The notes: generated from the letters alone by a model not told the origin. A DNA stretch of 64,000 nucleotides from Clostridia bacterium (GCA_017463485.1 JAFTPD010000002.1:321870-385869); one strand, 5' to 3'; shown: positions 46,133 to 59,629, numbered from the stretch's first letter. Numbers and translations are program-made.

Positions 46133-46621
46133 TTACATGCTTGATATTTTATCTGCAATAAAGCCGAAAATGTTGATATCGTGAAAAAGCTTGAACAGGA
46201 AGGAATTTTCGTAGATATCCATATTTCCCGAGAGGTAGACGTAGCCGTAAAAGATCGCCGAGATAAAGCTACACAAAAGCGCCGCGCTGACAACTCCGAG
46301 GGCAACGCCGAGCAGCTTATCTGCGGTGGCAAAGATAGATTTTTCAATCAGCTTGGAAAGCACATTTGCAAGCAGGGTAAGTCCCACGAACACTGCCGCG
46401 AACAAAATGATATACCCCAGCACTGCGGAAAATGCACCGCCGGCACCTCCGAGCATATCGATTATCACTCCCGAAAGCACGGGACCAAGCAAAGCAGTAA
46501 TTATAAACGTCAGCACCAGCCGTCCCAGCTTCAGGGCGGATTTTACAAATCCTGCGCGGTAATATTTGAACACCGTAAAGCCGATTATCACCGCAAGCAC
46601 AAGGTCAATGGTTATATTCAT
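46133..46621 (-). CDS. cvpA: CvpA-family membrane protein
   Basis: The 162-aa product has 4 TM helices. The N-terminus is IDLVLAVIIGFTVFKYYRAGFVKS. Confidence 0.75.
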   Translation of the reverse strand: MNITIDLVLAVIIGFTVFKYYRAGFVKSALKLGRLVLTFIITALLGPVLSGVIIDMLGGAGGAFSAVLGYIILFAAVFVGLTLLANVLSKLIEKSIFATADKLLGVALGVVSAALLCSFISAIFYGYVYLSGNMDIYENSFLFKLFHDINIFGFIADKISSM

Positions 46622-46666
46622 AATACTCCTTTCGCCGCTTTTGGCGGCTATTATGTTTTACCGGAA

Positions 46667-47932
46667 TTATTCCTCGGATTTCAGCACCGTAGCATACGAG
46701 GTGGTGCAGGCAAGCACCTTGCCGTTTTTGCGGACGAGCAATTTATCCACGCCGTCGTCGGGAAGAATGAGCGGCTCCCCCTCTCCGCGCGACGAAAAGC
46801 TGCGCACATTATCCTCGGTCAGAACATACACGTCCCTGCCCGACAGGCAAATTTGAATTGGCTTTGCTCCCTCCTCCACCTGTACGCGATATGCCTCGTT
46901 ACCGTATTTATCAACTACTGCAAGGATATAAGCATCTGCTGAGTCGTTGGATCTCAGCAAGACTGCGACGTTATCCTTCGTCACGGTATACAGTGCGGGG
47001 GCGCCGTCTGAAAATGCTATTTCCTCATTCGCCGTACCGTCGAAGCGGTAAAATCTCAAGCCGTCGCCACAAACGGCGGTAATTCTGGAATTGTCCGAGA
47101 ATGCGAGGTCGTAGACCACGGTATTGCCGAGTGACACGTCGGCTTCGCTCTCCGAAGCTCCCACTCGCAAGGTGACAAGCCTTGTCGCGCCTCCCTGTGC
47201 GGTGTATTCAAGCACCGACATTGCAAGCCGCGTGCCTCCGTCGTTGAAGGCTACGTCGGTAACGTATCCGTCGGTACGGTACGTAGTTATTTTTTGCATA
47301 TCGGCGTCGTATATATTCACCTCGGACTTATATTCGCGGCTTCTGGTGACCACCGCAAAGCTTCCACTATCCGACATTTCGGCAAGATAGACGGGATATT
47401 CGGTAGACTCGCCGTAAATACGCACGAAGGAATTATACACGGCGAAGGACTTTTCCCCTCTGCCCCAGACCACGAAATATTTATCTCCACTGCTTACACA
47501 CGGATTAGTATATGCCACGTTATCCGAAAGGGTCTGCTTACCCGACGCGCTGATAACGGTTACCTCGTCTTCGCCCGCCACGATAAGTCCCTCGCGGTAG
47601 AGCGCGTAGCTTTGGGAAGCACCCGAGGTAGGATAGCTGAGATAATTTGCCGCGTCGGATGCATCGGTGGCGGCGGCGTTGATATCCTTTACGAGATAAT
47701 AAAGATTGCTGTACGTAATCAGCTTAGAGCCGAAAATTATGGTGGTCAGCAAAAAGAGGAATAAAACTATATATATTATCATTCTCGCCGCTGAGAAGCG
47801 CGCGGCAAGCTCGGAATAATACGGAATGGAGGGCGAGGAAAAGTCGATAGGCTCGCCGTCGGTGCTTTTACTTTTATATATTTTATTTTTCACTGTGTAG
47901 AACAGCTTTTGCAATCTTTGACCAAGCTTCAA
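46667..47932 (-). CDS. Membrane-anchored protein with beta-strand-rich repetitive ectodomain (possibly DUF5711-like)
   Basis: There is one TM helix (IIYIVLFLFLLTTIIFG). A TTG start at 47932 lies 8 nt after an AAGGAGG. The family call is tentative. Confidence 0.45.
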   Translation of the reverse strand: MKLGQRLQKLFYTVKNKIYKSKSTDGEPIDFSSPSIPYYSELAARFSAARMIIYIVLFLFLLTTIIFGSKLITYSNLYYLVKDINAAATDASDAANYLSYPTSGASQSYALYREGLIVAGEDEVTVISASGKQTLSDNVAYTNPCVSSGDKYFVVWGRGEKSFAVYNSFVRIYGESTEYPVYLAEMSDSGSFAVVTRSREYKSEVNIYDADMQKITTYRTDGYVTDVAFNDGGTRLAMSVLEYTAQGGATRLVTLRVGASESEADVSLGNTVVYDLAFSDNSRITAVCGDGLRFYRFDGTANEEIAFSDGAPALYTVTKDNVAVLLRSNDSADAYILAVVDKYGNEAYRVQVEEGAKPIQICLSGRDVYVLTEDNVRSFSSRGEGEPLILPDDGVDKLLVRKNGKVLACTTSYATVLKSEE

Positions 47933-47956
47933 GAAAAGCACCTCCTTACCTTGAAA

Positions 47957-48718
47957 TTATTCGTAAAACACCCGATTAAGATACAGACCGTCAGGCGGTG
48001 CTGTGCGTCCCATTTTCCGTCTGTCAAGCGAGTCAAGCCGCTCGCCGATACTGTCGGGCGATATTTTTCCGTAGGCTACGTCAAGTAGCGTACCCACAAT
48101 TATCCTCACCATATTATACAGAAATCCGTCGGCGCGTATGCGCACGGTAATGACCTTGCCGTCGGATTTCACGTCCGCCTCAAAAACGGTACGTACCGTG
48201 GACGTGACCTTTGAGCCTGCCGCCATGCAAGCCGCGAAATCCCGCTTGCCCACCATGGAAGCGAGTGCTGTTTTCATAGCTTCAAGTCCTTTTCCGTCGA
48301 TCGGCTTCGGGACTTGCCAGCTACGGCTGACCTCAAACGGATCTCTCACGGGTGAATTGTATATGCGATATACGTATTCCTTTGATACGACGGAATATCT
48401 TACGTGAAAGCTGTCCTCCACCTCGGTTGCCTGCCACACCGAAATACTGTCGGGCAGTCTTGTATTCATGGCAAAGGGTATTTTATCTGCCGTAATGGAG
48501 GTGGCAAATTCTCCGCCGCCGTGCGGCTCAACCGTCGCGCAGAACATATTTGCGTGAACTCCGCTGTCGGTTCGACTGCACCCTGTCACATCGCATCTGA
48601 CTCCGAAAAGGTCGGAGGCGGCACGGGTAAGCTCCTCTTGAACGGATCTGCCGTTTTTTTGCGTCTGATAACCGACGTATCCGCTTCCGTCGTAGCTGAT
48701 GTAAAGTAAAAATTTCAA
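47957..48718 (-). CDS. truA: tRNA pseudouridine(38-40) synthase
   Basis: The motifs YDGSGYVGYQ and GCSRTDSGVHA (catalytic Asp) are present. A TTG start at 48718 lies 8 nt after a GAAGGAGG. Confidence 0.9.
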   Translation of the reverse strand: MKFLLYISYDGSGYVGYQTQKNGRSVQEELTRAASDLFGVRCDVTGCSRTDSGVHANMFCATVEPHGGGEFATSITADKIPFAMNTRLPDSISVWQATEVEDSFHVRYSVVSKEYVYRIYNSPVRDPFEVSRSWQVPKPIDGKGLEAMKTALASMVGKRDFAACMAAGSKVTSTVRTVFEADVKSDGKVITVRIRADGFLYNMVRIIVGTLLDVAYGKISPDSIGERLDSLDRRKMGRTAPPDGLYLNRVFYE

Positions 48719-48830
48719 GAAAAGCGCCTCCTTCCCCAAATTTAGTCACCGATAATTATACCACAACTTTGAACGGCTGTCAATACGCGCGCGGGAATAC
48801 TTAAAGCAAAAAAGTGTTAAAAAGTCTTGA

Positions 48831-52052
<3,222 letters not shown>

Positions 52053-52067
52053 TTTTGGGGTAATAAA

Positions 52068-53468
52068 ATGAAAAAGTCAAAGCTTATAGTTCTGTCGCTT
52101 GCCATAATCACAGCCGCGTTATCTGTCATTATTCTTTCGGGCTGTGATTCAGGCGCGGCAAATATGACCTTCACCTCCGACGGAAGCGGAGGATACGTGC
52201 TGACAAAGTACAACGGAAATGCAAAGGACGTAACCGTTCCCGATACCTACAAGGACGCTCCAATTACCGCTATCGGCGCGGAAGCGTTTGCGGAGAATCG
52301 AAGCCTCCTTTCCGTTTCACTTCCAAACACAGTAAAGAAAATAGGCACGCGCGCCTTTGCATATTGCGCGCACCTCACTTCCGTAAATCTCGGGAATGGG
52401 GTTGAGACAATTGAATACGAAGCATTCAAAATGTGTGGAAAGTTGTTTTCTATAAACATCCCCTCCACCCTCAAAACGGTAGGAAATTACGCCTTCGAGT
52501 CCTGCACATCACTTGAGTCTGTAGTGCTTCCCGAGGGTGCTGAGAAAATCGGAGAATATGCCTTTCAATTCTGCACGTCGCTGTCGACGGTCGTCATACC
52601 AAACGGCATAACAGAGCTTCCGAAATATCTTTTTGAGGGCTGTGACAAGCTGTCCAGCGTATCCCTTCCAGACACGCTCACATGGATCGGCGACGCTACC
52701 TTTTTGAGATGCAAAAGTCTTGCTGCCATTGATATTCCCGACAGTGTTACCTACATAGGTCAGCATGCTTTTACAGGTTGTGAAAAGCTTACGAACATTA
52801 CTCTCCCCCAAAATATTACCGAGATAAGCTACAGCACCTTCAGCGGGTGTACCTCTCTGACATTCCCAACTATCCACAAAAATATTACCAAGATAGGCGA
52901 TCATGCATTTCAGGATTGCGATGCTATCACGTCGGTAACGATTCCAAGCACCGTCACCAAGCTTGGATCGGGTGTGTTTGAGTATTGCAGTTCTCTGCAT
53001 ACCGTAACCTTTGATTCTGCAACTCAAATCAGTCGTTACATGTTCCATGGTTGCGATTCTCTCAGCTCTGTGACTCTATGCGAAGGAATTACGAGCATTG
53101 AAGACAGTGCCTTTTCCGGATGCTATCCGTTATCCGAGATTACGATACCTACCACCGTTAAGTCCGTCGGATATGAGGCATTTTTGAATTGCACCGCGCT
53201 GACGGATATTACCTTTTCCGAAGGCTTCGTTGAGATCGGCGTAAACGCATTTAAGGACTGTACCTCCCTGCAGACCGTTGATCTGCCCTCCACCGTCGTG
53301 CAGATATGGGACGGCGCATTTGCCAACTGCACAGCACTTGCGACTATAAATTACAGCGGCTCGGAGGAACAGTGGAAACACATTGAAAAAGGAAAAGCCG
53401 ATCCTGTATACGGCATTCTTGATTGGAATCACGGCACGGGTTATATCACAGTTAATTACAATGGATAA
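52068..53468 (+). CDS. BspA-type leucine-rich-repeat (LRR_5) surface lipoprotein
   Basis: The lipobox is SVIILSGC. There are about 15 repeats of the pattern IP..VT.IG..AF..C..L..V. Confidence 0.85.
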   Translation: MKKSKLIVLSLAIITAALSVIILSGCDSGAANMTFTSDGSGGYVLTKYNGNAKDVTVPDTYKDAPITAIGAEAFAENRSLLSVSLPNTVKKIGTRAFAYCAHLTSVNLGNGVETIEYEAFKMCGKLFSINIPSTLKTVGNYAFESCTSLESVVLPEGAEKIGEYAFQFCTSLSTVVIPNGITELPKYLFEGCDKLSSVSLPDTLTWIGDATFLRCKSLAAIDIPDSVTYIGQHAFTGCEKLTNITLPQNITEISYSTFSGCTSLTFPTIHKNITKIGDHAFQDCDAITSVTIPSTVTKLGSGVFEYCSSLHTVTFDSATQISRYMFHGCDSLSSVTLCEGITSIEDSAFSGCYPLSEITIPTTVKSVGYEAFLNCTALTDITFSEGFVEIGVNAFKDCTSLQTVDLPSTVVQIWDGAFANCTALATINYSGSEEQWKHIEKGKADPVYGILDWNHGTGYITVNYNG

Positions 53469-53472
53469 ACTG

Positions 53473-53502
53473 AAAAGAGCAACCGATATCGGTTGCTCTT
53501 TT
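53473..53502. terminator. Bidirectional rho-independent terminator
   Basis: AAAAGAGCAACCGAT/ATCGGTTGCTCTTTT is a perfect 30-nt palindrome. Confidence 0.8.
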
Positions 53503-53520
53503 CATGTTAATTATATAAGC

Positions 53521-54003
53521 TCAAAGTATCTTCCCAAGCAAGGTCAGCGCGTATTCGCAAAGGGCGTGATCCTCCTCGCCCGTGCCGCCGCTGATTCCGA
53601 GTCCGCCAATGATTTGCCCTTCATGCGCAATCGGAACTCCGCCGCCGAAAATGACCAGCTTTTCGTTTGCCTGCAAGCCGTAGAAGGTCTCACCCGGCTG
53701 GCACAGCTTTTGAAGCTCAATGGTCGGCATTTTGACCGCCACTGCGGTGTACGCCTTTTTGATCGCTACGTCACAGCTTACGAGATATGCGCCATCCATT
53801 ACGTGGACAGCCACCGTATTTCCCTCTGAATTAACAATGGCAACGGCGATCTGCTTTCCGAGCGCTCTCGCTCTGTCCTCCACCGCGCTCATAAGCTTTA
53901 CAGCTTTATTCAAGGTGAGCTTTGGAGCGGAATTTATATTTTCCAGCACGCGGGAGACTATCTCGTCTACATTTACCGCGTCGTTGCGTTTTTTATTATC
54001 CAT
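53521..54003 (-). CDS. GlcG/HbpS-like heme-binding protein (DUF336)
   Basis: The motif is GGGVPIAHEGQIIGGLGISGGTGEEDHALCEYAL. The start is taken at MDNKK. Confidence 0.75.
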   Translation of the reverse strand: MDNKKRNDAVNVDEIVSRVLENINSAPKLTLNKAVKLMSAVEDRARALGKQIAVAIVNSEGNTVAVHVMDGAYLVSCDVAIKKAYTAVAVKMPTIELQKLCQPGETFYGLQANEKLVIFGGGVPIAHEGQIIGGLGISGGTGEEDHALCEYALTLLGKIL

Positions 54004-54070
54004 AAGACGTCCCCCTTCCGTCGGAATTCTTACACTGTAACAATTATACCTCACACTTCCCGATTTGTCA

Positions 54071-54100
54071 ATAGCGGCGGAAAAATATTTCCGCCGCTAT
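54071..54100 (-). terminator. Hairpin downstream of spoIIID
   Basis: ATAGCGGCGGAAA pairs with TTTCCGCCGCTAT. The U-tract lies on the plus side only. Confidence 0.4.
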
Positions 54101-54110
54101 ACCGATTTTT

Positions 54111-54374
54111 CTATTGCTCCCCGCTATGTCGATATTTACGCCGTGTCGCCTCGCCGCCGCGGATGTGACGCTCCTTTTTGTTCTTATCCAATACCTTTTT
54201 GACGTCCTCAAAGAGCGGTCTGTTTACACTCTTTAAGGTGTGCGTTACGTCCTTGTGAACGGTGCTTTTGCTGACGCCGTATTTCTGAGCCGCTTTTCGC
54301 ACCGTAGCGTTATTTTCCACTATGTAGGTGGCAAGGACAACACACCGCTCCTTGTCAGTCGCGATATACATCAT
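54111..54374 (-). CDS. spoIIID: Sporulation transcriptional regulator SpoIIID
   Basis: The 87-aa product contains VRKAAQKYGVSKSTVHKDVTHTL and HIRGGEATRRKY. Confidence 0.9.
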   Translation of the reverse strand: MMYIATDKERCVVLATYIVENNATVRKAAQKYGVSKSTVHKDVTHTLKSVNRPLFEDVKKVLDKNKKERHIRGGEATRRKYRHSGEQ

Positions 54375-54495
54375 AAAAACCTCCGAAGCGCCGCCGCCGA
54401 AGCTGTGACGACGGCAACTTGCCGTAATTACGTTAAGTAGTACACTCTATGCGAAAAAATATGATTTATTCGCGAAATTATTTACCTTTACCGTC

Positions 54496-54524
54496 TTGTA
54501 ATCGGCGAAAAAGTGTGTTATAAT
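54496..54524 (+). promoter_or_regulatory. Sigma-A-type promoter for rlmB-proC
   Basis: The sequence is TTGTAA, 17 nt, TATAAT, with a TGt extended -10. Confidence 0.55.
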
Positions 54525-54573
54525 GTAACGGTATGTATGTTTATTGACGCAAATCGTCGGAAGGAGGCGGAAT

Positions 54574-55356
54574 ATGGCTCAAAAAGAAGCGGAAAAATTT
54601 GCACAAAGCGATATTTTCGAGGGTATGACCTCCATATCCGCTCTGCTCAACGCTCCCGACACCGCCGCAAACGACAGGCGCATCCTTGAGGTGCTTGTGG
54701 ACGGTGTGAGGTTAAAGTCGAAGGCGCGTGAGATATCCTATCTGCGTCACAAGGCGGACGAGCTTGGATTTTCCGTAAGCGTGGTGTCAGCGGATGAAAT
54801 TTCGGATCTTGCCGTTGGAAATACCCACGGCGGCATTATTGCAAAATGCACCGACAGGACACTTCCTGAATTTGACAAGAAACTGATATCCGACAACGGA
54901 TTTTACGTTATGCTTGACGGCGTTGAGGACCCGTACAATTTCGGCTACGTTCTGCGCTCAATGTACGCTGCGGGAGCGGACGGCATTATACTCCCCCGCC
55001 GCAACTGGATGGGCGCTGCTGGAACAGTGGCTCGTTCCTCGGCGGGCGCATCCGAAAAGCTGCCTATTTTCGTCGGCGAGCTTGAGGATGTGATCGACGG
55101 CTTCAAGGATTTGAAATACACTGTCGCCGTTGCGGGAATTCGTGATTCGGTCAGCATTTATGACGCCGATCTGACCACTCCTCTTTTGCTTGTGGTGGGC
55201 GGTGAAAAGCGCGGTATCTCGCGCGCTCTGCTTGACAAGTGCGACGTGACTGTGAGGATAGATTACAGTGAAAAGGCCGCATTTGGTGGCTCGCTCTCGG
55301 CGGCTTCTGCGGCAACCGTCATTGCGTTTGAGGTCTTGCGGCAGAACAAAGGGTGA
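54574..55356 (+). CDS. rlmB: SpoU/TrmH-family RNA 2'-O-methyltransferase (RlmB-like)
   Basis: The motifs GVEDPYNFGYVLRSMYAAGADGIILP and LVVGGEKRGIS are present. The ATG lies 6 nt after a GGAAGGAGG. Confidence 0.8.
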   Translation: MAQKEAEKFAQSDIFEGMTSISALLNAPDTAANDRRILEVLVDGVRLKSKAREISYLRHKADELGFSVSVVSADEISDLAVGNTHGGIIAKCTDRTLPEFDKKLISDNGFYVMLDGVEDPYNFGYVLRSMYAAGADGIILPRRNWMGAAGTVARSSAGASEKLPIFVGELEDVIDGFKDLKYTVAVAGIRDSVSIYDADLTTPLLLVVGGEKRGISRALLDKCDVTVRIDYSEKAAFGGSLSAASAATVIAFEVLRQNKG

Positions 55357-55413
55357 ATTTTCCCGAAACCTTCACCCTGTCTTAACATTTCTGTGCTATA
55401 CTGTGAGGTAATT

Positions 55414-56232
55414 ATGAGTAAGATAGCTTTTATCGGCGTGGGAAATATGGCAAGCGCTATTATTTTCGGCATCACGTCATCCGACACTCCTGTTTTGTGG
55501 GAGGATATAATCCTTTTTGATAAATTCACGGCACAATACGATAAATTCGGCGACAAGCCCTACGTAACGGCTGAATCTGCAAAGCAAGCCGCTGAGCTCG
55601 CGGACTGTGTTATACTTGCAACCAAGCCGCAGAATTTCCCCGAGGTGCTATCCGAGCTGTCGGACGTTCCCGATATTGAAAAGAAGCTTATTATCACTAT
55701 TGCCGCAGGCATTACGACCGAGACAGTCAGCCGCGCACTTGGCGGCGCGAGAGTTGTACGCGTGCTTCCCAACACTCCCATGCTTATCGGTATGGGAGTG
55801 ACGGCGGCGTGTCGGAACTGCCTTGTATCGGATGAGGATTTTGAATATGCGATCTCTCTTTTCCGTCCGTCGGGCAGTGTCACGGTGATTGACGAATCCG
55901 AGATGAACAGAATAATTTCTGTCACTTCCTCCTCCCCCGCTTACGTATTCGGCTTTATAAAGGCGATATGCGACGGCGCGACGGCGCAGGGACTTGACGG
56001 CGAGGCTCTTACAGCTTGCGTTTGCGATATGGTGATCGGCTCGGCGACTCTTATGAAAAAAAGCTATTTGGAGTCAGGCAAAACGGCTGACCAGCAGATA
56101 AGCACGGTTGCATCCAAGGGCGGCACGACCGAGCGGGCTATGGCATCGCTTGCTGCCGACGGCTTTGACGATATGATACGCCGCGCTATGCAGGCTTGCA
56201 CCGACCGTGCGGACGAATTGAGCCGCGGCTGA
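55414..56232 (+). CDS. proC: Pyrroline-5-carboxylate reductase
   Basis: The Rossmann motif is IAFIGVGNMASAI. The motifs RVLPNTP and SKGGTTERA are present. Confidence 0.9.
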   Translation: MSKIAFIGVGNMASAIIFGITSSDTPVLWEDIILFDKFTAQYDKFGDKPYVTAESAKQAAELADCVILATKPQNFPEVLSELSDVPDIEKKLIITIAAGITTETVSRALGGARVVRVLPNTPMLIGMGVTAACRNCLVSDEDFEYAISLFRPSGSVTVIDESEMNRIISVTSSSPAYVFGFIKAICDGATAQGLDGEALTACVCDMVIGSATLMKKSYLESGKTADQQISTVASKGGTTERAMASLAADGFDDMIRRAMQACTDRADELSRG

Positions 56233-56294
56233 CGCATAAATTTTGATGCTCGGACATACTCTGTAACCACAGTAACTGTTACGGAGGCAGTCTT

Positions 56295-56957
56295 GTGAGT
56301 AGCTCAAAAAAGAACAAATACACGTATCTGTTGACGGACGGCAATAGCACGGTTCCGACAGCAAAAAACACCAAAGACAAAAAAAGCGCGCCGGAGCGTG
56401 CAGGCACGGCGCGAAGGACTACTTCTCTCTTTGGCGGATATCTGGCTTTATCCCTCGTATTTTTTCTCCTTGGCGCGGCTGTGGCGAATTTGTTCTTTGC
56501 CAAAGGCGGTGGTGCTTATACCGAGATAATATCCGCACATTTCAGCACTGTCGGAGTTTCCAAAACGCTTTTCACTGCAAGGATATTTGCCGCGCGGGTA
56601 TTGCCAGTCGTATGTCTGTGTATCGGCGCACTCACCTTCTTCAGCGGAGGTGTGTCAGCGGCGGTGCTTGCGGTATGCTCGGCGGTATTCGGTATCGGCA
56701 CGTGTGCGGTACTGACCTTTGATCCCGCTCATTCTGCCGAGTACATATTGTGGTCGATCTTACTGATTGCCGAATATATTGCCTGTGCAATATTTGCACG
56801 AAAATTTTTTATTCATCTATTCGTAGACAAAAACGGATACGGCAACGTAAGGAGCTTGTGGGTCTACCTCGGCATCTGCTTTGCGTTTTTGCTGATCCTG
56901 TTGCTCATTTCTGTCATTTATACCCTTCTGCTGTACGGCGGAAGCGTAAAAATATAA
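56295..56957 (+). CDS. Hypothetical polytopic membrane protein with basic N-terminal tail
   Basis: A GTG start lies 7 nt after an ACGGAGG. There are about 5 TM segments and no diagnostic motif. Confidence 0.45.
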   Translation: MSSSKKNKYTYLLTDGNSTVPTAKNTKDKKSAPERAGTARRTTSLFGGYLALSLVFFLLGAAVANLFFAKGGGAYTEIISAHFSTVGVSKTLFTARIFAARVLPVVCLCIGALTFFSGGVSAAVLAVCSAVFGIGTCAVLTFDPAHSAEYILWSILLIAEYIACAIFARKFFIHLFVDKNGYGNVRSLWVYLGICFAFLLILLLISVIYTLLLYGGSVKI

Positions 56958-56979
56958 TTCCTATGAAAGGAAAATCAAC

Positions 56980-57915
56980 GTGGAAAAGAAAAAGAAGTTT
57001 AAATTGTTTGATATGAATCGCGACGGGCGCGGAGTCGAGCCGGGCGAGGACACACGCCCCACGCTCAAATTTTTCTTTAAGCAGCTTGGGCGCAAATTCT
57101 GGAAGCTGTTTTCCCTCAATCTTATGATGCTTGTCCAGATCATTCCTCTCTTGCTTATTTTCTACGTACATCTAACAGGCCCGACCTCTCCCACCGTGGG
57201 CAACGTGCTGTACGTTCCGCTGCTTGGCGCGCAGACTGCCGCGCCCACCGCCGCAGGCTCGGCGCTGTTCAACACGGTTTCGGGCATGCTGACCATTCCC
57301 ACCTTTAACACGTACATATATTGGGTGATCATTCCGCTTATCGTCTTTACCGTTGTGACCTACGGCTGGCAGAAGGTCGGCTCAGTATACGTTCTTCGCA
57401 ACCTTGCACGCGGCGACGCGGTGTTCGTTGTTTCGGATTATTTCCATGCTATCAAGCGCAATTTCGGTCAGAGCTTCCTTTTGGGACTTATAGATTGCGC
57501 GGTGATATTCATGCTCGGCTTTGATATTTTGTATTTCAGCGGAGCGCCTGCGGGTGGATTTAACACGTTTATGTCGGCAGCTCTCGTAGCTATCGTGATA
57601 GTATATCTGCTTATGAGCTTCTACACTCACCTCATGCTTGTGACGTTTGATATGAAGCTGTCGAAAATATTCAAAAACGCGCTTATCTTTTCGGCACTCG
57701 GCATCAAGCGTAATCTTATGGCGTTGCTCGGTATTGTGCTTTCTGTCGCGCTTTCTGCGGCGATAATGTTCCTTGGAATCCAAGCGGGAATTTACGCCAC
57801 TATCATAATTCCCTTCCTCATTCTCCCCGCGCTTATCGGATTTATCTACGTTTACGCGGCTTATCCCGTAATCAAAAAATATATGATCGATCCCGTGCAG
57901 AATAAAAGTGAATGA
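56980..57915 (+). CDS. YesL/DUF624-family membrane protein
   Basis: The N-terminus FKQLGRKFWKLFSLNLMMLVQIIPLLLI is typical of DUF624. There are about 6 TM segments. Confidence 0.6.
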   Translation: MEKKKKFKLFDMNRDGRGVEPGEDTRPTLKFFFKQLGRKFWKLFSLNLMMLVQIIPLLLIFYVHLTGPTSPTVGNVLYVPLLGAQTAAPTAAGSALFNTVSGMLTIPTFNTYIYWVIIPLIVFTVVTYGWQKVGSVYVLRNLARGDAVFVVSDYFHAIKRNFGQSFLLGLIDCAVIFMLGFDILYFSGAPAGGFNTFMSAALVAIVIVYLLMSFYTHLMLVTFDMKLSKIFKNALIFSALGIKRNLMALLGIVLSVALSAAIMFLGIQAGIYATIIIPFLILPALIGFIYVYAAYPVIKKYMIDPVQNKSE

Positions 57916-57925
57916 ATAAAAGCAG

Positions 57926-57957
57926 GCGGCTACCGTTATCGGTAGCCGCTCATTTTT
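57926..57957. terminator. Bidirectional rho-independent terminator
   Basis: The hairpin GCGGCTACCG-ttat-CGGTAGCCGC is followed by TCATTTTT. Confidence 0.8.
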
Positions 57958-58753
57958 ACATTTTTGATATTTTAACAAGTCTTTCGTAGCAGGTGTTCAA
58001 AAATTCCTCGTGGGACATTTTGAGGTATTCGGGGGATGTGCTGTTGAACACTTCAAGCGTGAGATCACCCTCATATCCGTACTCATCCAGCTTACGCATC
58101 ATTTTTGCGTAATCAGCCGTACCGTCAAACGGGAGCAGATGCAGATCAGGCTCACCCACCTTCTCTTTTCCCCTGCCGAGATTATCGTGAATATGTGTAC
58201 AAAGAGTTCTTTCGCGGAATATGTCGAGCCAGGTAACGTATTTCGTATAGCAATGCTCGTGTCCGTTGTCATAGCAAAAGCCCACCGAGTCACGGTTTTC
58301 ATATCTCTCGACAAAATATGACACGTTTCCTACGACACGAAGATTTTCGAACGCCACCTTGACGTTTTTAGACTCTGCATACTCTACAAGCTCGTCAAAT
58401 CTTTTGAGTCCCACATCACTGATAGCCGGAGGAGTCCAGCCACTCGAAAGGTGAAGAATAACCACAGGTACTTCGCTTTGAGATGCCGCATCGATTGCGA
58501 TCTTAATTCTGTCGTAAAGGTCACGGTATGCATCGCCTTCAAGCCAGAAAGTATTTACTTTATCAAACGGCGCGTGGATAAAGGTATATGCAAGTCCCAG
58601 CTTATCCGCTATTTCCTTCACCTCCGCCACCGCGGCAGGCGTGTATACATCAGTAAAAAATGATTTAAATCCTGCCTTTGCTATAAGTGGGAGCGCGTCC
58701 TTGGCACTGACTCCCTTAAGGCAATTCGCATCTATTCCAAACCGTCTTTCCAT
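57956..58753 (-). CDS. Xylose-isomerase-like TIM-barrel protein (sugar phosphate isomerase/epimerase family)
   Basis: The 265-aa product contains the family-typical segments VKVAFENL, GFCYDNGHEH, HIHDN and LEV. Confidence 0.7.
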   Translation of the reverse strand: MERRFGIDANCLKGVSAKDALPLIAKAGFKSFFTDVYTPAAVAEVKEIADKLGLAYTFIHAPFDKVNTFWLEGDAYRDLYDRIKIAIDAASQSEVPVVILHLSSGWTPPAISDVGLKRFDELVEYAESKNVKVAFENLRVVGNVSYFVERYENRDSVGFCYDNGHEHCYTKYVTWLDIFRERTLCTHIHDNLGRGKEKVGEPDLHLLPFDGTADYAKMMRKLDEYGYEGDLTLEVFNSTSPEYLKMSHEEFLNTCYERLVKISKM

Positions 58754-58778
58754 AAAAATCCATCCTCCAATGAAAAAA

Positions 58779-59504
58779 TTATTGCTTTACGTTATATTTC
58801 AAAATACGGTCGATCAAAACCGTCTGCTCGCCGTTTATCACAGTGCTGTCTGACATAACAAAATATTGCGTTCTCGACGCATCACTGCCGATATCCGTGC
58901 GGAACGTGCCGTTATTCTTGCGTATTTTATACTCCACCTCATACTCGTACTGAGTATAGTGTATCTCTCCCTCGGTATGCTCCGACACTTTTATGCGCGT
59001 GAACTTAATGTCGTATATTTGTTGCATTGTGAACTCATCCTCGGGGGCGTTTTCCTCCACGGAATAATAGTTCTCACTGAACAACGCGTTATAGCCCTCG
59101 TGGTCGCCGCGAATGATACACTGTATCATTTCATAAAGCAGCTTAAATCCCTCGTCCTGTGTGGCAAGATCCTTTTCACTTACCGAAACGGTGACTCCCG
59201 TTGAAGCATCTGACAAGTAAGGTCTGCGGTCAAGCGCGAGGTAGTCCTTGTCCTTCAATATATCGTATTCGTAGTCTATCTTGTGAAAAATTATGGTGTT
59301 TGGACGGTAGCCGCCGTCATCCTCATCCTTTTCTTGTATGCTTGCGACGATATACGACACAACAAAATACAAGAGTGCGAAGGCAAGCATTATTGCGAAC
59401 ACAATAATTATCCGCTTTCTTATTTTAGCGGCGTGAGCGGCGGATTCCCTTGCCGCATCCTGTAATTCAACGGTGTTTTCGGTCATATTTTCTCGTTCCT
59501 CCAC
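58779..59504 (-). CDS. Hypothetical membrane-anchored protein
   Basis: There is one TM helix (IIIVFAIMLAFALLYFVVSYIV) and a soluble domain of about 170 aa. I recognise no motif. Confidence 0.45.
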   Translation of the reverse strand: MEERENMTENTVELQDAARESAAHAAKIRKRIIIVFAIMLAFALLYFVVSYIVASIQEKDEDDGGYRPNTIIFHKIDYEYDILKDKDYLALDRRPYLSDASTGVTVSVSEKDLATQDEGFKLLYEMIQCIIRGDHEGYNALFSENYYSVEENAPEDEFTMQQIYDIKFTRIKVSEHTEGEIHYTQYEYEVEYKIRKNNGTFRTDIGSDASRTQYFVMSDSTVINGEQTVLIDRILKYNVKQ

Positions 59505-59629
59505 GGCAAAAGCTCCTTTCCGGTGTGATTTTACTCTTTACTGTGTAAGTATAGCACATTCCTACAAATTCTGCAATATTTTTTGAAAAATCTTTTTATA
59601 AAATTTTCGTGAATTTACAGACTTTAATG

